This document shows, piece after piece, positions 12,888 to 24,300 of a stretch of DNA of 64,000 nucleotides. The notes under the pieces were generated by a model. It saw only the letters and a program-made list of their open reading frames with translations, did not search any database and was not told the origin of the DNA. Every line of letters starts with the position of its first letter. The first letter of the stretch is position 1. The stretch is from Podarcis melisellensis (lineage: Eukaryota), in NCBI GenBank assembly GCA_964234715.1, contig OZ174278.1. One strand, written 5' to 3'. Both the position numbers and the translations under genes were made by a program.

Positions 12888-13104
12888 AAGAGTCTTGCGG
12901 ACCTTATAAACTAACACACTTATTATGGCACAAGCTTTCATGGACCAGAGGTTACTTCAGCAGATGCAACACACTGCCTTTTTGAAGAAGAGGATTTTAG
13001 TTCTAAAAAGCTTGTGACACAATAAATGTGTTAGTCTATAAGGTACCACTAGACTTTTAGCTCTTTTTGTTGCAACAGAAAAAAACATGGGTACCCCTGT
13101 GGAA
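12888..13104. mobile_element. Inverted pair of degenerate Penelope-like terminal repeats
   Basis: Left arm (12888-12967) is approximately the reverse complement of the right arm (~12982-13056). Resembles the reptile repeat ctgatgaagtgg..cacgaaagcttatgc..aataaa..gttagtctttaaggtgccacaagactc. Confidence 0.55.
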
Positions 13105-16100
13105 GTAGTGTGATATACTGTCCTTGTGATATTGAAAAGGGATAGAACAACAGGGGTTATTGTTATTTCTGAGAAAATTGCTGAGCTTTCTTTTTGTCAC
13201 CCTTTGGAAAAAAGGCCACTTCTTTTGTAGAATTTTCTCCAAATGTTCTTCACCATTCTTTGTGGCAACCACTGTATTTAACAGTGAAACAAGCCAGTGG
13301 TCAACGAGGACATATTTTCCCCTGTTTCATCTAACTATGTCCATATTTTCCCAAGTTATTCACTCTTAAATATAATTATTTCCCATCTGTGTTTCACAAA
13401 GCACAGTATGTTTTTAACTCCCTGCCAACAAATGTAAAGATACTGTGCCCAACATTTACAGTTCAACAGCATAGAGGAAAGTCCAGACAGATGGCACTCC
13501 TGACTCAGAAAGACATTTTTCTTCTAGGCAACTGACAGGATATGTTGATTTTCAGTTCTGACCTCACTTTCTTGTAATAATCCTGAATAAGATTTATTAC
13601 TTTGAATGGCTGTAAAAGAAGCTTTGGCAGTAGGAAAAATTCCAGATCCCCAATAGAGGCATCTCTCCAAAATATTCTTTTAAAGAGTTGTTCTTTCTAG
13701 AGCTTGAGATCTTTGTTCAGAAGTACTAGTTTTTGGTTTTTTAAAGTATTGATGTCCCTGTCACATTATTTACTTAATTTATTTTTGGGGAAATGGGGGT
13801 GGGGGGACACCTGGAACTACCACTCTGAAATATGGCAGGGTTAATTTCCTATTGGCTGTCCACAATTCAGATTTCACACACCTGCATTAAAAAGTGGCTG
13901 TTTGGGTTCCCCAATGAAAGTAAATGGGAGGCTGAAGCTTTGGTTTTCTGAATTTTGCTTCAGATTTTGGGTTTGAAGTACCCCCGCATGTAATTTAAAG
14001 CATATGGGGGCCTATTTCAAAACACTGAAATTGGGGGGTCCCTCACACAGCCCTAATTTATATTTCCCACAATGCCTCAGAACCATGTCATGTTGGGTTT
14101 TCTCTAGAACTTTGTAAGAATCTTAAATGACGGTTTCAAGCTGTCCCTTTTACCCATAAAAGTACCACTTCCCACAAGCATCCTCTGACCTGAAGGCAAC
14201 CCTGCTTTCTAGATGCCACCCATACAAGAGGTAAGAGTGGCTACTGCATTGGGTGGAGCCTTCTCTGTTGCAGCTTCCACTGGTGCAACAGCTCCACCAA
14301 GGACACCAACCTTCCAGAAGCCATACATGCCTTTCACCTATTCACTAAAAATAATTTTGCTTAATTATATATTCAGTAGCTGTTCTTTGCTGCTTAAGAT
14401 TTGTAGTTTTATAGTTTTCTGTTACCCTTTTTAACCCATTCATGCCCCAAAACAAATATTTGGGAGAATTTTCAGTATTTTATGTGTCACCTATATCTGG
14501 GAAGGTGGCTATTATTCACAGTTTGTTGTCTCTTTTATAATGACTTTACTTTTTCAGAGTAAAGCCTTTGCATACAACCAACCTCCTTTGGGCTTGCTAG
14601 AAGAAAAAAACCAACCATCCCAAAACTATTTATTAATATTTGAAAAGGGCCGAGGTACTTAGATAGAAAGTACCAATGAAATGCAGGACACTATTATAAT
14701 ATGAAACACTTCAAGCATAGAAAAGAATGTAGAAGCATGGCAAGAAGCTCAAGTAATGCAGAGACAATTTCAAGGGAAGATGAAGCAGAGAATAGGATGT
14801 ATATTAAAAGCCAGGTATGTGCATGGGGAAAAAATGCCACCAGGAAAGTGGTTAAAACTTTTTAAGAGATAGTATGGTAAATTATTGTTGGAAGCGACAG
14901 ACATTGAGCTATACTTCAGCTCTCTCAACAAAATAGGCAATGGGAGAGTTGAGAGCATATTTCTTCCAGCCAGAGAAAAAAAGGAAGTAGCATCACTTCA
15001 AAAGGAGCAGAGAACTCTCCTAGTCTTTCGAGTACAGTATATAAGAAGTCACAATGCCAGGCATTGCCAGGAGACTAAAGTTATGACACCACTTCACATG
15101 TTCCTCAGCCTCTTGGTGCCAAAAGCTTTTGTACAGTAAGGAAAACTAAGCAGAGGTTTGGCTGGGTAGGCAAATTAATATGTCTTTCTCGCCAAATGAA
15201 GAACGTTTCTCATCAGAATTTTCTACCTCTGTGGACCTTCTATTCTGCTGGCAGGGGAACTCCCTGAGTGCACAAATGCCATGCCTGCCTCAGAGTCCAA
15301 CCCTCACTGTACTGTGCTATTGGTTGATTATGAGAGCCCCAAAAGTAAAGGATACTGTGCAAGGAAGTACTGTAAATCTCACTCTAAAAGCCAACAGAAA
15401 GTTCATCAACTACTCTGTTGTTATTGTTAATCAAGCCAATGACAACCATGTCTCTTTGTATCCAAGAGTCACCCATCCAGAGCAATCTTTTGATATCTTA
15501 AGCCCTTTACCAAAGTCTATTTTACTAAAGTCTATTTTAACCTTTGTGTACCTGGTTTTTGTAAATCACCTAGAAGCCTATTTTGGTTTTAAGTGATAAA
15601 TAAAATGATGATGATTATAAATATGGCTGTTCTAGATTCTCTGAACTCAATGAGTCTCCCTAAATCTGTCCAAGTGTCTAATGTCCTTATTTTTACTGTC
15701 AGACCAGTTGCCTACCAAAGTTTAGGAGTGTCACCTGGTGTCCACCCCTTTTCCAGTCTGCTGCCACAATAATATGGATAGGTATGATATGTTTTTCATC
15801 TTCTTTCAACCTCTTTTGCCAGTTCCAAAAGCAACTTCTCCTTTTTTGGATGCAGAAAGACCACAATACATTCCACGCAATTGATTCTACCCCACCTCTT
15901 TCTTTCCCTATCTCTTTCTGGGAAAGCTCAGAGTTAATAATTTGGCTACTAATTTACTTTTTCTATTGACCTCATTTTCTGGAAAAGTGCTGACTTTTCT
16001 TCATTGCACCCCAACCTTATGGGGGTACTCTGCTTGCCCAACTAAACTACCAAAATGCCATCCATGCTTGGGCTCCATGTATTTGGTCAAAGGGTTAGAT

Positions 16101-16625
16101 TGGGCTAGCTCTACCAGATTGACAGCAGCTGGTCTTTCACTAGACTAAGATCCACAGTTGCATTGGGAAACGGTTGCCCTAGCAGAACATTTGAACAACA
16201 TTCCACCAATCAGTTTTGTTGCAGGAGAGCTCACTCCTGACCACAGAGAAGTATTCTGTAGATGTGTCCTGAGCAAGAGTGGCAACTCTGAAGCTTCCAT
16301 TCACAGAGTAAAATTGTATTCCACCTCACATTACTAAAGTTAGTAGCAACATTGTCAGGCTTGTTAACCTCCCTTCATTCCCCTTCTGTGCACAGTTCCA
16401 TGTATCAGAGCATCCTGCTATCTAGTTCCTTCCATGTTGGCTGCCATTATGGTGTTCTGGATAAGCAGTAAATACAAAATACCAGTTCTCATAGATGATT
16501 GATTAAACTGACCTAATTTTTAATTTATTATGGTTGTAGCTCAGAGGGACAATTAGCAACAATGCCTACTAAGCTTTATTAACTCTATCTAGATTTTAAA
16601 ACAAACAACCCTAGATCCCCAAAAC

Positions 16626-16985
16626 CAGGGATAAGGAACCTCAGGATTAAGAGGCCAAATGTGGCCCTCCAATCCTCTCTATAAGATCTTTAGAACTCTC
16701 CCCAGGCCACATACATCATTGGACCTGCTTTGCATCCCATGGCTAGGATGTAATAATTGCTTTCACTTATCCTGATTCACTTATCCTTGAGCTCTGTTAA
16801 TGTTTCTGCCTTGTACATTTCAGTGAAGGAGAGAGAGCAGTGCGTGTAGAAACTAGCCTACAAACTGCATTTGTTGCTTCACCCTCTTTTGCCTCTGGCC
16901 CTGCCCACCACAGCCATGTGGGCTTCAGAAGGATATCCAAAAGGAGTCAATCCTTCAACCTGAAATGATTCCCAATACCTACTCA
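16626..16985. mobile_element. Old non-autonomous hAT (Charlie-like) element
   Basis: Starts cagggataaggaacct..ggccaaatgtggccctcc and ends atgtgggc..aaatgattcccaatacct (degenerate TIR). Confidence 0.4.
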
Positions 16986-18019
16986 ATGCCATGCAAATGA
17001 TACTGGATGCAATGGACCTGCCCCAACTTTTTTTTTTTAAAGTCAAGATTTTAAATAATTGACAGGTGGAAGTTGTAGGCAGGATTTACCTACTCCAGAA
17101 AAAAAAATCTATGACCACACAGCAAGTGACATTCTACAAGGTCAGCAAGCATCGTAGGAGCTACGAGGTGCTTATCTGGATAAAGAACTGTCTTGAAGAA
17201 TGAAGACAAATGATATCTGGGAGAGAAAACACTTCAAGATGGATAGAAGTGACAACTACAATGCTGCAAGCCTTCGTATTAGCCTCCTTTGTGTTAACTC
17301 TATATATCAGTTACCGGAAAGAAAGAACATCTAGGCTAGCAGGATACAAGAGATACCCGTGTAATAGAACATAGCTAAAGGCAGGAGCAGAAAGCTTTGT
17401 CTTGCTGCATTGGCCTTCTCATCTCTTGCATTGTTGAATGCCCTAGGAATATGATGTAAAAGAAACTAACAATTCTCTGAAAGGGGGTTGTATATAGATC
17501 ACCTCAAGTCCACTTGGTTATTGTTCCACCGGTCACATGTCCCTCAGATGCTGCCACTTTCCAGTAGGAAATTCAGATTTCAGAAGACTGTGCTTGCATA
17601 GGGTTAAGCAAAAGGAAATTAAAACAAAATCTCTGGTACTACATTTTAAAATTGGACTGGGGAAAGGGTAGTTTATAATATACACCTATGCATGTGTATT
17701 TGAAAACAAGCTCCACAGGGTTCAGTAGGACTTACTATTGTGCAGAGAATTTTTTTAATACACTAAATGAAAACAATTATGTACACCACCTTGAGCTCCT
17801 TGAAGGGCAGATGGAGATCCCAGATTCTTTTAGTTTAGGAAGATTGTGGAAACTCAAAGAACCAGTCACAACCTGCCAATATCAGAAGATAAACAAATAC
17901 ATCAGTTTCTAAATGCCAGAAATAGCCTCCCTAAAAACCATAATGGATAGAACACAATATATTGACAATCTATCAGATGGCAAGGCTTCTGTCTTGTCAG
18001 TTTAAAAAGCCCTATAGAG

Positions 18020-19380
18020 TTGGGTGTTCTTCTCCTCACATTATTTACAAACACTTGATACCAACATTCTTGGTGTCAAAAATCCATAAAACATTCATTT
18101 TATAAATAGCATGAAATATCTCCTGTAGTGTTTTATTGGTGCACAAGAGCCACAAGAAGTTTCCAAAGCAATGGAAAGGATGGCTCATGGTGTCATGGAC
18201 TGGCCAGATGCAGAGGACTGATTTGAGCATTGAAGCTTTAGGAAAGCATCATCATTTGAGTCCATATTCACCAGCAACTGGGAGCCAGAACACTAGTATT
18301 AACCTTTGCTCCCAGAAGCCTGTAAGGTACTGTCCGGTTAACTCTGGCCACAGCTTTATTAACAAACTACAACATGAACCCTTATTAAATGATTAACTCC
18401 AGCTTTTACAAAAGTTAAGTGGAATGGGAGGAAATAGCTAAGATACTGCTGGAGGCACATCAATCTTTTGTTAACACGCCCTTTAGGCAGCTTTAGGTAA
18501 AACAGGCTCACTTTGTGCCTCAGCTATTGAGGAACCAGAACCTTGTGAGTGAAGCAATCATTCTCAGGTTTACTCAGGCTTCTCAGAAAATCCTGTAAGA
18601 ATGTGTATGATATACTTGAAATGCATTAGGCAAATAAACTGAAGTGCTTCTCTAAATGAAATATTTCCTTTAGCAGCTTTTGAGAATTGGCAGCTGAACT
18701 AGTTTAAATTCCTAAAATCCATTCCAGCTTGCCCACCACAACCGATGGCCTCTGGTTCCCACTTTTGCTTCAAGTACTTGCCGCTATCATTCAAGGAGAT
18801 ACTGGTGCTTCCAATTTTATTATGTTGTGGTTTTTTGTGGGTTTTTTTAAAAATACCTTTGGCAAAAATTAACAGTGCCACATTTTCTTGCCAGTTTCAT
18901 TTATTATTATTACTGTTATACCATCTGCATACCAAAGAAAGGGATTAGCACATTCCAACCTCGATAGCTTGAAATCTGAAAATAGACACAAAGGAAATAC
19001 CAGGGTAGTAGATGGAAATGGAGATGGGGAGAACATGCTGCTTTGGAGGGATATAAATTTGATAATGAGTTTGTGATTCTTTGGTGTCATTTACATGCCA
19101 TTTGGTTTTCAGGAAGGTACTGGAGTGAGGGGGCTGTTTTCTTCCAAAGGCTTCACAGAAAAGTGGGGGAAGGGGTTGAGGAGAGATCTGAAGGAAGGCA
19201 AGGAGGTGGTCTGGAAAGCAGTTTGACAAATAAGGGAGGAAGAATTGTTCTGGGGAGTAGGAGAGCTTTGGATGTCTTGCTGGATGAGCAAAAGCCACTA
19301 TTAGGGATCTGTTAGGCTAGAAGAGCAGAGAGATAAGGATTCAGAACAATGAACATGGGCATGAAAGTAGCTTCTACTGA
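18020..19380 (+). repeat. 1,361-bp direct repeat, left copy (abuts the L1 5' end)
   Basis: Identical by eye to 25091-26451 at an offset of 7,071 bp, except A at 18047 versus G at 25118. The ORF track shows the same spurious ORFs twice at that offset. Confidence 0.97.
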
Positions 19381-19700
19381 GACTTCCGGTCGGCTCCAGC
19401 GTTAATGGCGGTCCTTGCTTTGAGCTCCGAAGCAGGACTGCTCCGTGAGTTCGGGTCTGACCCGCTACGGCGAGCGGGGGACCCCTAAAATCACAGGCGC
19501 TGAAGCCTGTGAACAAGGAGATTCGGTGGGCACCTTTGCGCCCCCCGGTATCGCAAAAGAGCCTTTTTAAAGGCTCCGGAGCGGCATCGGGTGTGAGCGC
19601 GGTGCTGAGGATCGCAACCCAGCTCACGGAGCGAAGCCGCGTCGCCATTGACGGAGAGCGCCGATTCCTTCCTGAAACTACCGATTGGAAACAACACCCG
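19381..19700 (+). promoter_or_regulatory. CpG-rich L1 internal promoter region
   Basis: Abrupt GC/CpG-rich block at the element 5' end. ETS-like CTTCCGG and YY1-like AATGGCGG lie in the first ~31 nt. Promoter function is inferred from L1 biology. Confidence 0.65.
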
Positions 19701-20331
19701 TGAGTAAGAACAGTAAAAAAAGGGAACGGGACTTTAAAATTTAAGAAGATTTGGCTGAAAACGGGAGAGGCAAAAATTAAGGAAGTCTGCCCCCCCGGAA
19801 CTACATGATTGACTGAGCAACGAAAAGAGTAAGCTGTGCTTAAAGGGGATGTTTCTATGCTTTTTAACTTCGTTAAACTTGACATCGGAAGAGGACCTCC
19901 CCCCCCAACGAGCAGGAGAGGGGGGGAAGAAATTTGACTTAATTTTATCTGCTCAAGAAAGGAGATTTGAACGGGAAATCTTCCACTGCCGATACCTCTG
20001 GCCAGGCTGCCGGGGCAGTGAGCGCCTGAAGAGAGCTGTCAAACCTGATTGAGGATACAAAGTAAGATTTATCTGATATAAAATAACGGGACTTTAGCGG
20101 ACAAAAACTGTAACATTTTAAACTGCAACAAAGTAGGGTCTTTATTTGGACTTTCGCTTTTGGAACTTTGTATGGCTATTTCTTTCCCTGTTTCTTTGTC
20201 TTTGCATTGGATACAATGTACTCCCTCTAGAGGCTTAAAAGAGAGACTGCTGCATTGAGATATAAACAGTGGGATTTTCCAACTGCAACTGTTCCTGTGG
20301 GAACGACCTTGAGATATGAGCGGCCCACTGG

Positions 20332-21321
20332 ATGAAATATCAACAAGATCCAAAGCAAAACAGGCTCAGGCTCAAAAGAAAAGAGGCAACACAGGAAAGA
20401 ACAACAGCAACACAGGAAAGAACAACAACGGTATCAATGGATTCCATGACACAGGCTCTACTCAGGATAAATGAATCTTTAGAATCATTTACTAGGCAAA
20501 CCACAGAGAACTCCAAGAAACTGACTGAACTGACAACAAGATTGGATTTGAACACGACAATAATATCGACTAATACAGACTCTATAAACCGTTTAATTCA
20601 GGAAAGCACAGAGACGAGGAAAATAGCCGAAAGCGCGAGGACCACGGCCGAGGAAACCAAAGGGAAATTTGTTCCTATTGCAAAGAAGGTACATGAGCAT
20701 GATGAAGCCCTGGCCCTTATGGAACTGGAGAGGAAAGGCAAGAACTTGAAATTGAGACTGGTACCTGAGGAGGAGGAGGACAAGCTCGGGGAATTTCTTA
20801 CAGACAAGTTCCAAGAATTTTGGAGTGAAGAGTTGGGGGAAGAGGAAGAGGATTTTACAATAACTACAGCCTTCCGGATTGGTAGAAAGCAAGGCAAGAA
20901 GCCAAGGGATTGTTTAATAACTTTTAGATCCAAGGAAGAAAGAGATAAAATATTGAACCTACATTTCCAGAGGGCACTGGTTATCAAAAATTCCCAAATA
21001 CAGATCTTCAAAGATATTCCTAGATACTTTTTGGAGGTGAGAACACAATTTAAAGACCTAGTCGACATATTAAAACAAAACAACATCCAATTCAGGTGGG
21101 AATTCCCACAAGGGCTGTCCTTCAACTTCAAAGGGAAGAAAACTAAAATAAAAACAATTCAAGATAAAGAACACTTTTTGGAGAGAAACTTTGAGGACTT
21201 TCAGAAAGGAACTGTAGAGGGGGGAACACTGGATATTACCAACCTATCGTTTGGATTGAACCAAGCACCGACTGACGAGGAACAAGAACTTGGAGCAGTG
21301 GGTGGGAAAAGTACCCAATAA
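20332..21321 (+). CDS. L1 ORF1p (coiled-coil, RRM, CTD RNA chaperone)
   Basis: 329 aa. Heptad-rich N-terminal half, NLKLRLVPE, AFRIG..KPRDCLITF, IQIFKDIP, FRWEFPQGL. The true start codon is uncertain. Confidence 0.9.
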   Translation: MKYQQDPKQNRLRLKRKEATQERTTATQERTTTVSMDSMTQALLRINESLESFTRQTTENSKKLTELTTRLDLNTTIISTNTDSINRLIQESTETRKIAESARTTAEETKGKFVPIAKKVHEHDEALALMELERKGKNLKLRLVPEEEEDKLGEFLTDKFQEFWSEELGEEEEDFTITTAFRIGRKQGKKPRDCLITFRSKEERDKILNLHFQRALVIKNSQIQIFKDIPRYFLEVRTQFKDLVDILKQNNIQFRWEFPQGLSFNFKGKKTKIKTIQDKEHFLERNFEDFQKGTVEGGTLDITNLSFGLNQAPTDEEQELGAVGGKSTQ

Positions 21322-21326
21322 CAAAA

Positions 21327-24300
21327 ATGTCTCTGCAACTTCTGAGTTGGAATTGTAATGGTCTAAACCGTCCCCGAAAAAGAGATCAAGTTTTTCATAT
21401 ATTAAAGAAAGAACAGTTAGATATAATTTGTTTGCAAGAAACCCATATTGCCAGGATACACAGGAAACTTCTGATAAATAAGAGACTAGGATTGGAATTT
21501 GTTTCCTCGGACAAAGTTAAGAAAAGAGGGGTGGTGATTTATGCCAAGGAAAAATGGGAACCAAAAATGATCTTTAAAGATGATGAAGGAAGATACCTGG
21601 GAGTAGAAATTCAAATTCAAGGAGAAAAGATTTTAATTGTTGGAGTTTATGCACCTAACGAGGGGAAGGCAGAGTTCTTCAAGAAGTTGCATGAGACCTT
21701 AATGGACTTTATGGACCTTAAAATTATAATGATGGGAGATTTCAACGGAGTTGTCTCCACAAACATGGACAAGGCACAAAGGCAAGTAATATCCAAGGAT
21801 GGGAGACTACCAAAGACTTTTTTCGAACTCACTGACACCATGGACTTGATCGACATCTGGAGAACTAGGAACCCTCTGGAAAGAGAGGGAACCTTTTTCT
21901 CGGAAGCAAAAATGACCTGGACTAGAATTGATCAAATTTGGATTTCTAGCAGCCTGGCACCAAGAGTGAAAAAAACAGAAATCTGCACAAAAACCTGCTC
22001 CGACCATAACGCAGTTAAGATGGAAATGAAATTAACAACGGCTGGAACCTTCAGATGGAGAATGAATGACACCCTATTTAGAGATGAAGAAATTTATCAT
22101 AAGGCCCAAAAAATATTGAAGGATTACTTTGAGATAAATTTGAGAACGGAGGTGGAAAAAAGAATAGTATGGGACGCAAGTAAGGCCGTGATGCGTGGAT
22201 TCCTAATTCAGCAAAATTCCATAAAAAGGAAGAAACAAAATGAGAGGAAGGAAAAGATTTTGAACCAGATAAAGGAAGGAGAAAAGAAACTGAGATCTAA
22301 GCCGAAGTCTCAAGAGATCTTAAGAGAAATAAAATACCATCAGACGCAATACATGGAATTGATGAATCAGGAAATAGAATGGAAGATAAAGCAAATGAGA
22401 CAAAGGACATTCGAATCGGCAGATAAATGCGGGAAACTGCTGTCATGGCAACTGAAAAAGAGGCAAAAATTAAACACGGTGACATCCCTGGAAATAGATG
22501 GGAAAATTATCAACAAACCAAATGAAATAAGTAATTGTTTTCAAAGTTTCTTCAAAAAACTTTATGCACAAGGGCCTACAAATGAACAAGAAATAGAAGA
22601 ATTTGTTAAAAAATATGGACTACCAAAGATCTCAGAACAAAATAAAAGGATTTTGAATGAAAAAATCACAGAACAAGAAATAGAGGGTGCCATTCAGAAT
22701 ACAAAATTGGGGAAATCACCAGGACCAGATGGTTTAACTGCAAAATACTACAAAGATCTTAAAGAATGGCTAATACAGCCATTGAAGGAAGTATGCAACC
22801 AGATACTAGAGGGGAAAAAGGCTCCCGAATCGTGGAAAGACGCATTCATCTCACTTATACCGAAGACAGAAACTGAGAAACATCAAGTTAAAAACTACCG
22901 CCCTATATCACTCTTGAATGTGGATTATAAAATTTTTGCAGACGTTTTAGCAAGAAGATTTAAGAGAGTTTTGATGGAGGAGATTCATAAGAACCAAACA
23001 GGCTTTCTCCCAGGGAGACATATGTCAGAGAATGTGAGGAACATTATAGACATTTTGGAGATGCTAGAGGTGGACATTAATAGGAAGGCAGTGTTGATCT
23101 TTGTGGATGCGGAGAAGGCCTTTGACAACATTTCTTGGAAATTTATGAAGAAGAATCTCCATGGGATGGGGGTAGGTCAAGGGTTTGAAAACGGTATAGG
23201 TGCAATATATTTTGAACAAAGAGCGAAACTAATTGTGAACAATGTGGTAGTGGATGAAATACCAATAGAGAAAGGTACACGACAGGGATGCCCTATATCC
23301 CCTTTACTGTTTATATCGGTCCTGGAGGTTTTGTTAAATATGATTAGGAGGGACCAGCTGGTAAAAGGAATACAGGTCGGATCTAAACAATATAAGTTAA
23401 GGGCATTTGCAGATGACTTAGTGCTAACTTTGCAACAGCCAGAAGCTAGTACCAAAAGAGTTTTAGAATTAATGGAGATATTCGGCCAGGTCGCAGGATT
23501 TAAATTGAACAAACAGAAAACAAAGGTGCTGGAAAAAAATCTAACAAAAGAGGAGAAAGATAGGTTTCAAAGTGAAACTGGGTTGGAAATAGAAAAAAAG
23601 GTTAAGTACCTGGGGGTGAATCTGACATCAAAAAATGTGAATCTATTTAAAGATAACTATGAAAAATGTTGGACAGAAGTTAAGAAAGATCTAGACATAT
23701 GGTCCAGGCTGAAACTTTCCTTGTTAGGCCGAATTGCTGTTATCAAGATGAATGTATTGCCAAGAATGTTGTTTTTATTTCAGACGCTGCAGATTCTAGA
23801 CAAAATGGACTGTTTCAAGAAGTGGCAGAAAGACATATCTAAATTTGTCTGGCAGGGCAAAAAGCCCAGAATTAAATTTAAGATTTTAACTGACGCAAAA
23901 GATAGAGGGGGCTTCGCCCTGCCAGACTTAAGACTTTATTATGAATCAGCAGCCTTTTGCTGGTTGAAGCAATGGCTACTTCTTGAAGATACAGACATTC
24001 TTGATCTGGAAGGATATGACAATAGTTTTGGTTGGCATGCATATCTGTGGTATGACAAGGTAAAGATTTATAAAAGTTTTAAAAACCATATTGTCAGGAA
24101 AGCATTGTACAATGTTTGGAATAGATATAAGGATTTATTGGAAAGTAAAACCCCTAGGTGGTTGTCACCAATGGAAGCGAAAGCAGTGAAAAAAATTAAC
24201 ATGGACTCTAATTGGCCTAAGTATTGTGAAATTTTAGAATATGATGGCGAGAAACTGAAGCTACGAAGTTTTGAGAAGCTAAAGCATAAAGTTCGAGATT

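Noticed and set aside
18045-19315. Duplicated small ORFs in the direct repeats as genes
   Set aside because: They are short, overlap on both strands and have no recognisable domains. They recur only because the DNA is duplicated.
20598-21131. Antisense ORFs within L1 ORF1/ORF2 (also 23177-23512 and 24531-24902)
   Set aside because: Typical shadow ORFs of an A-rich coding strand.
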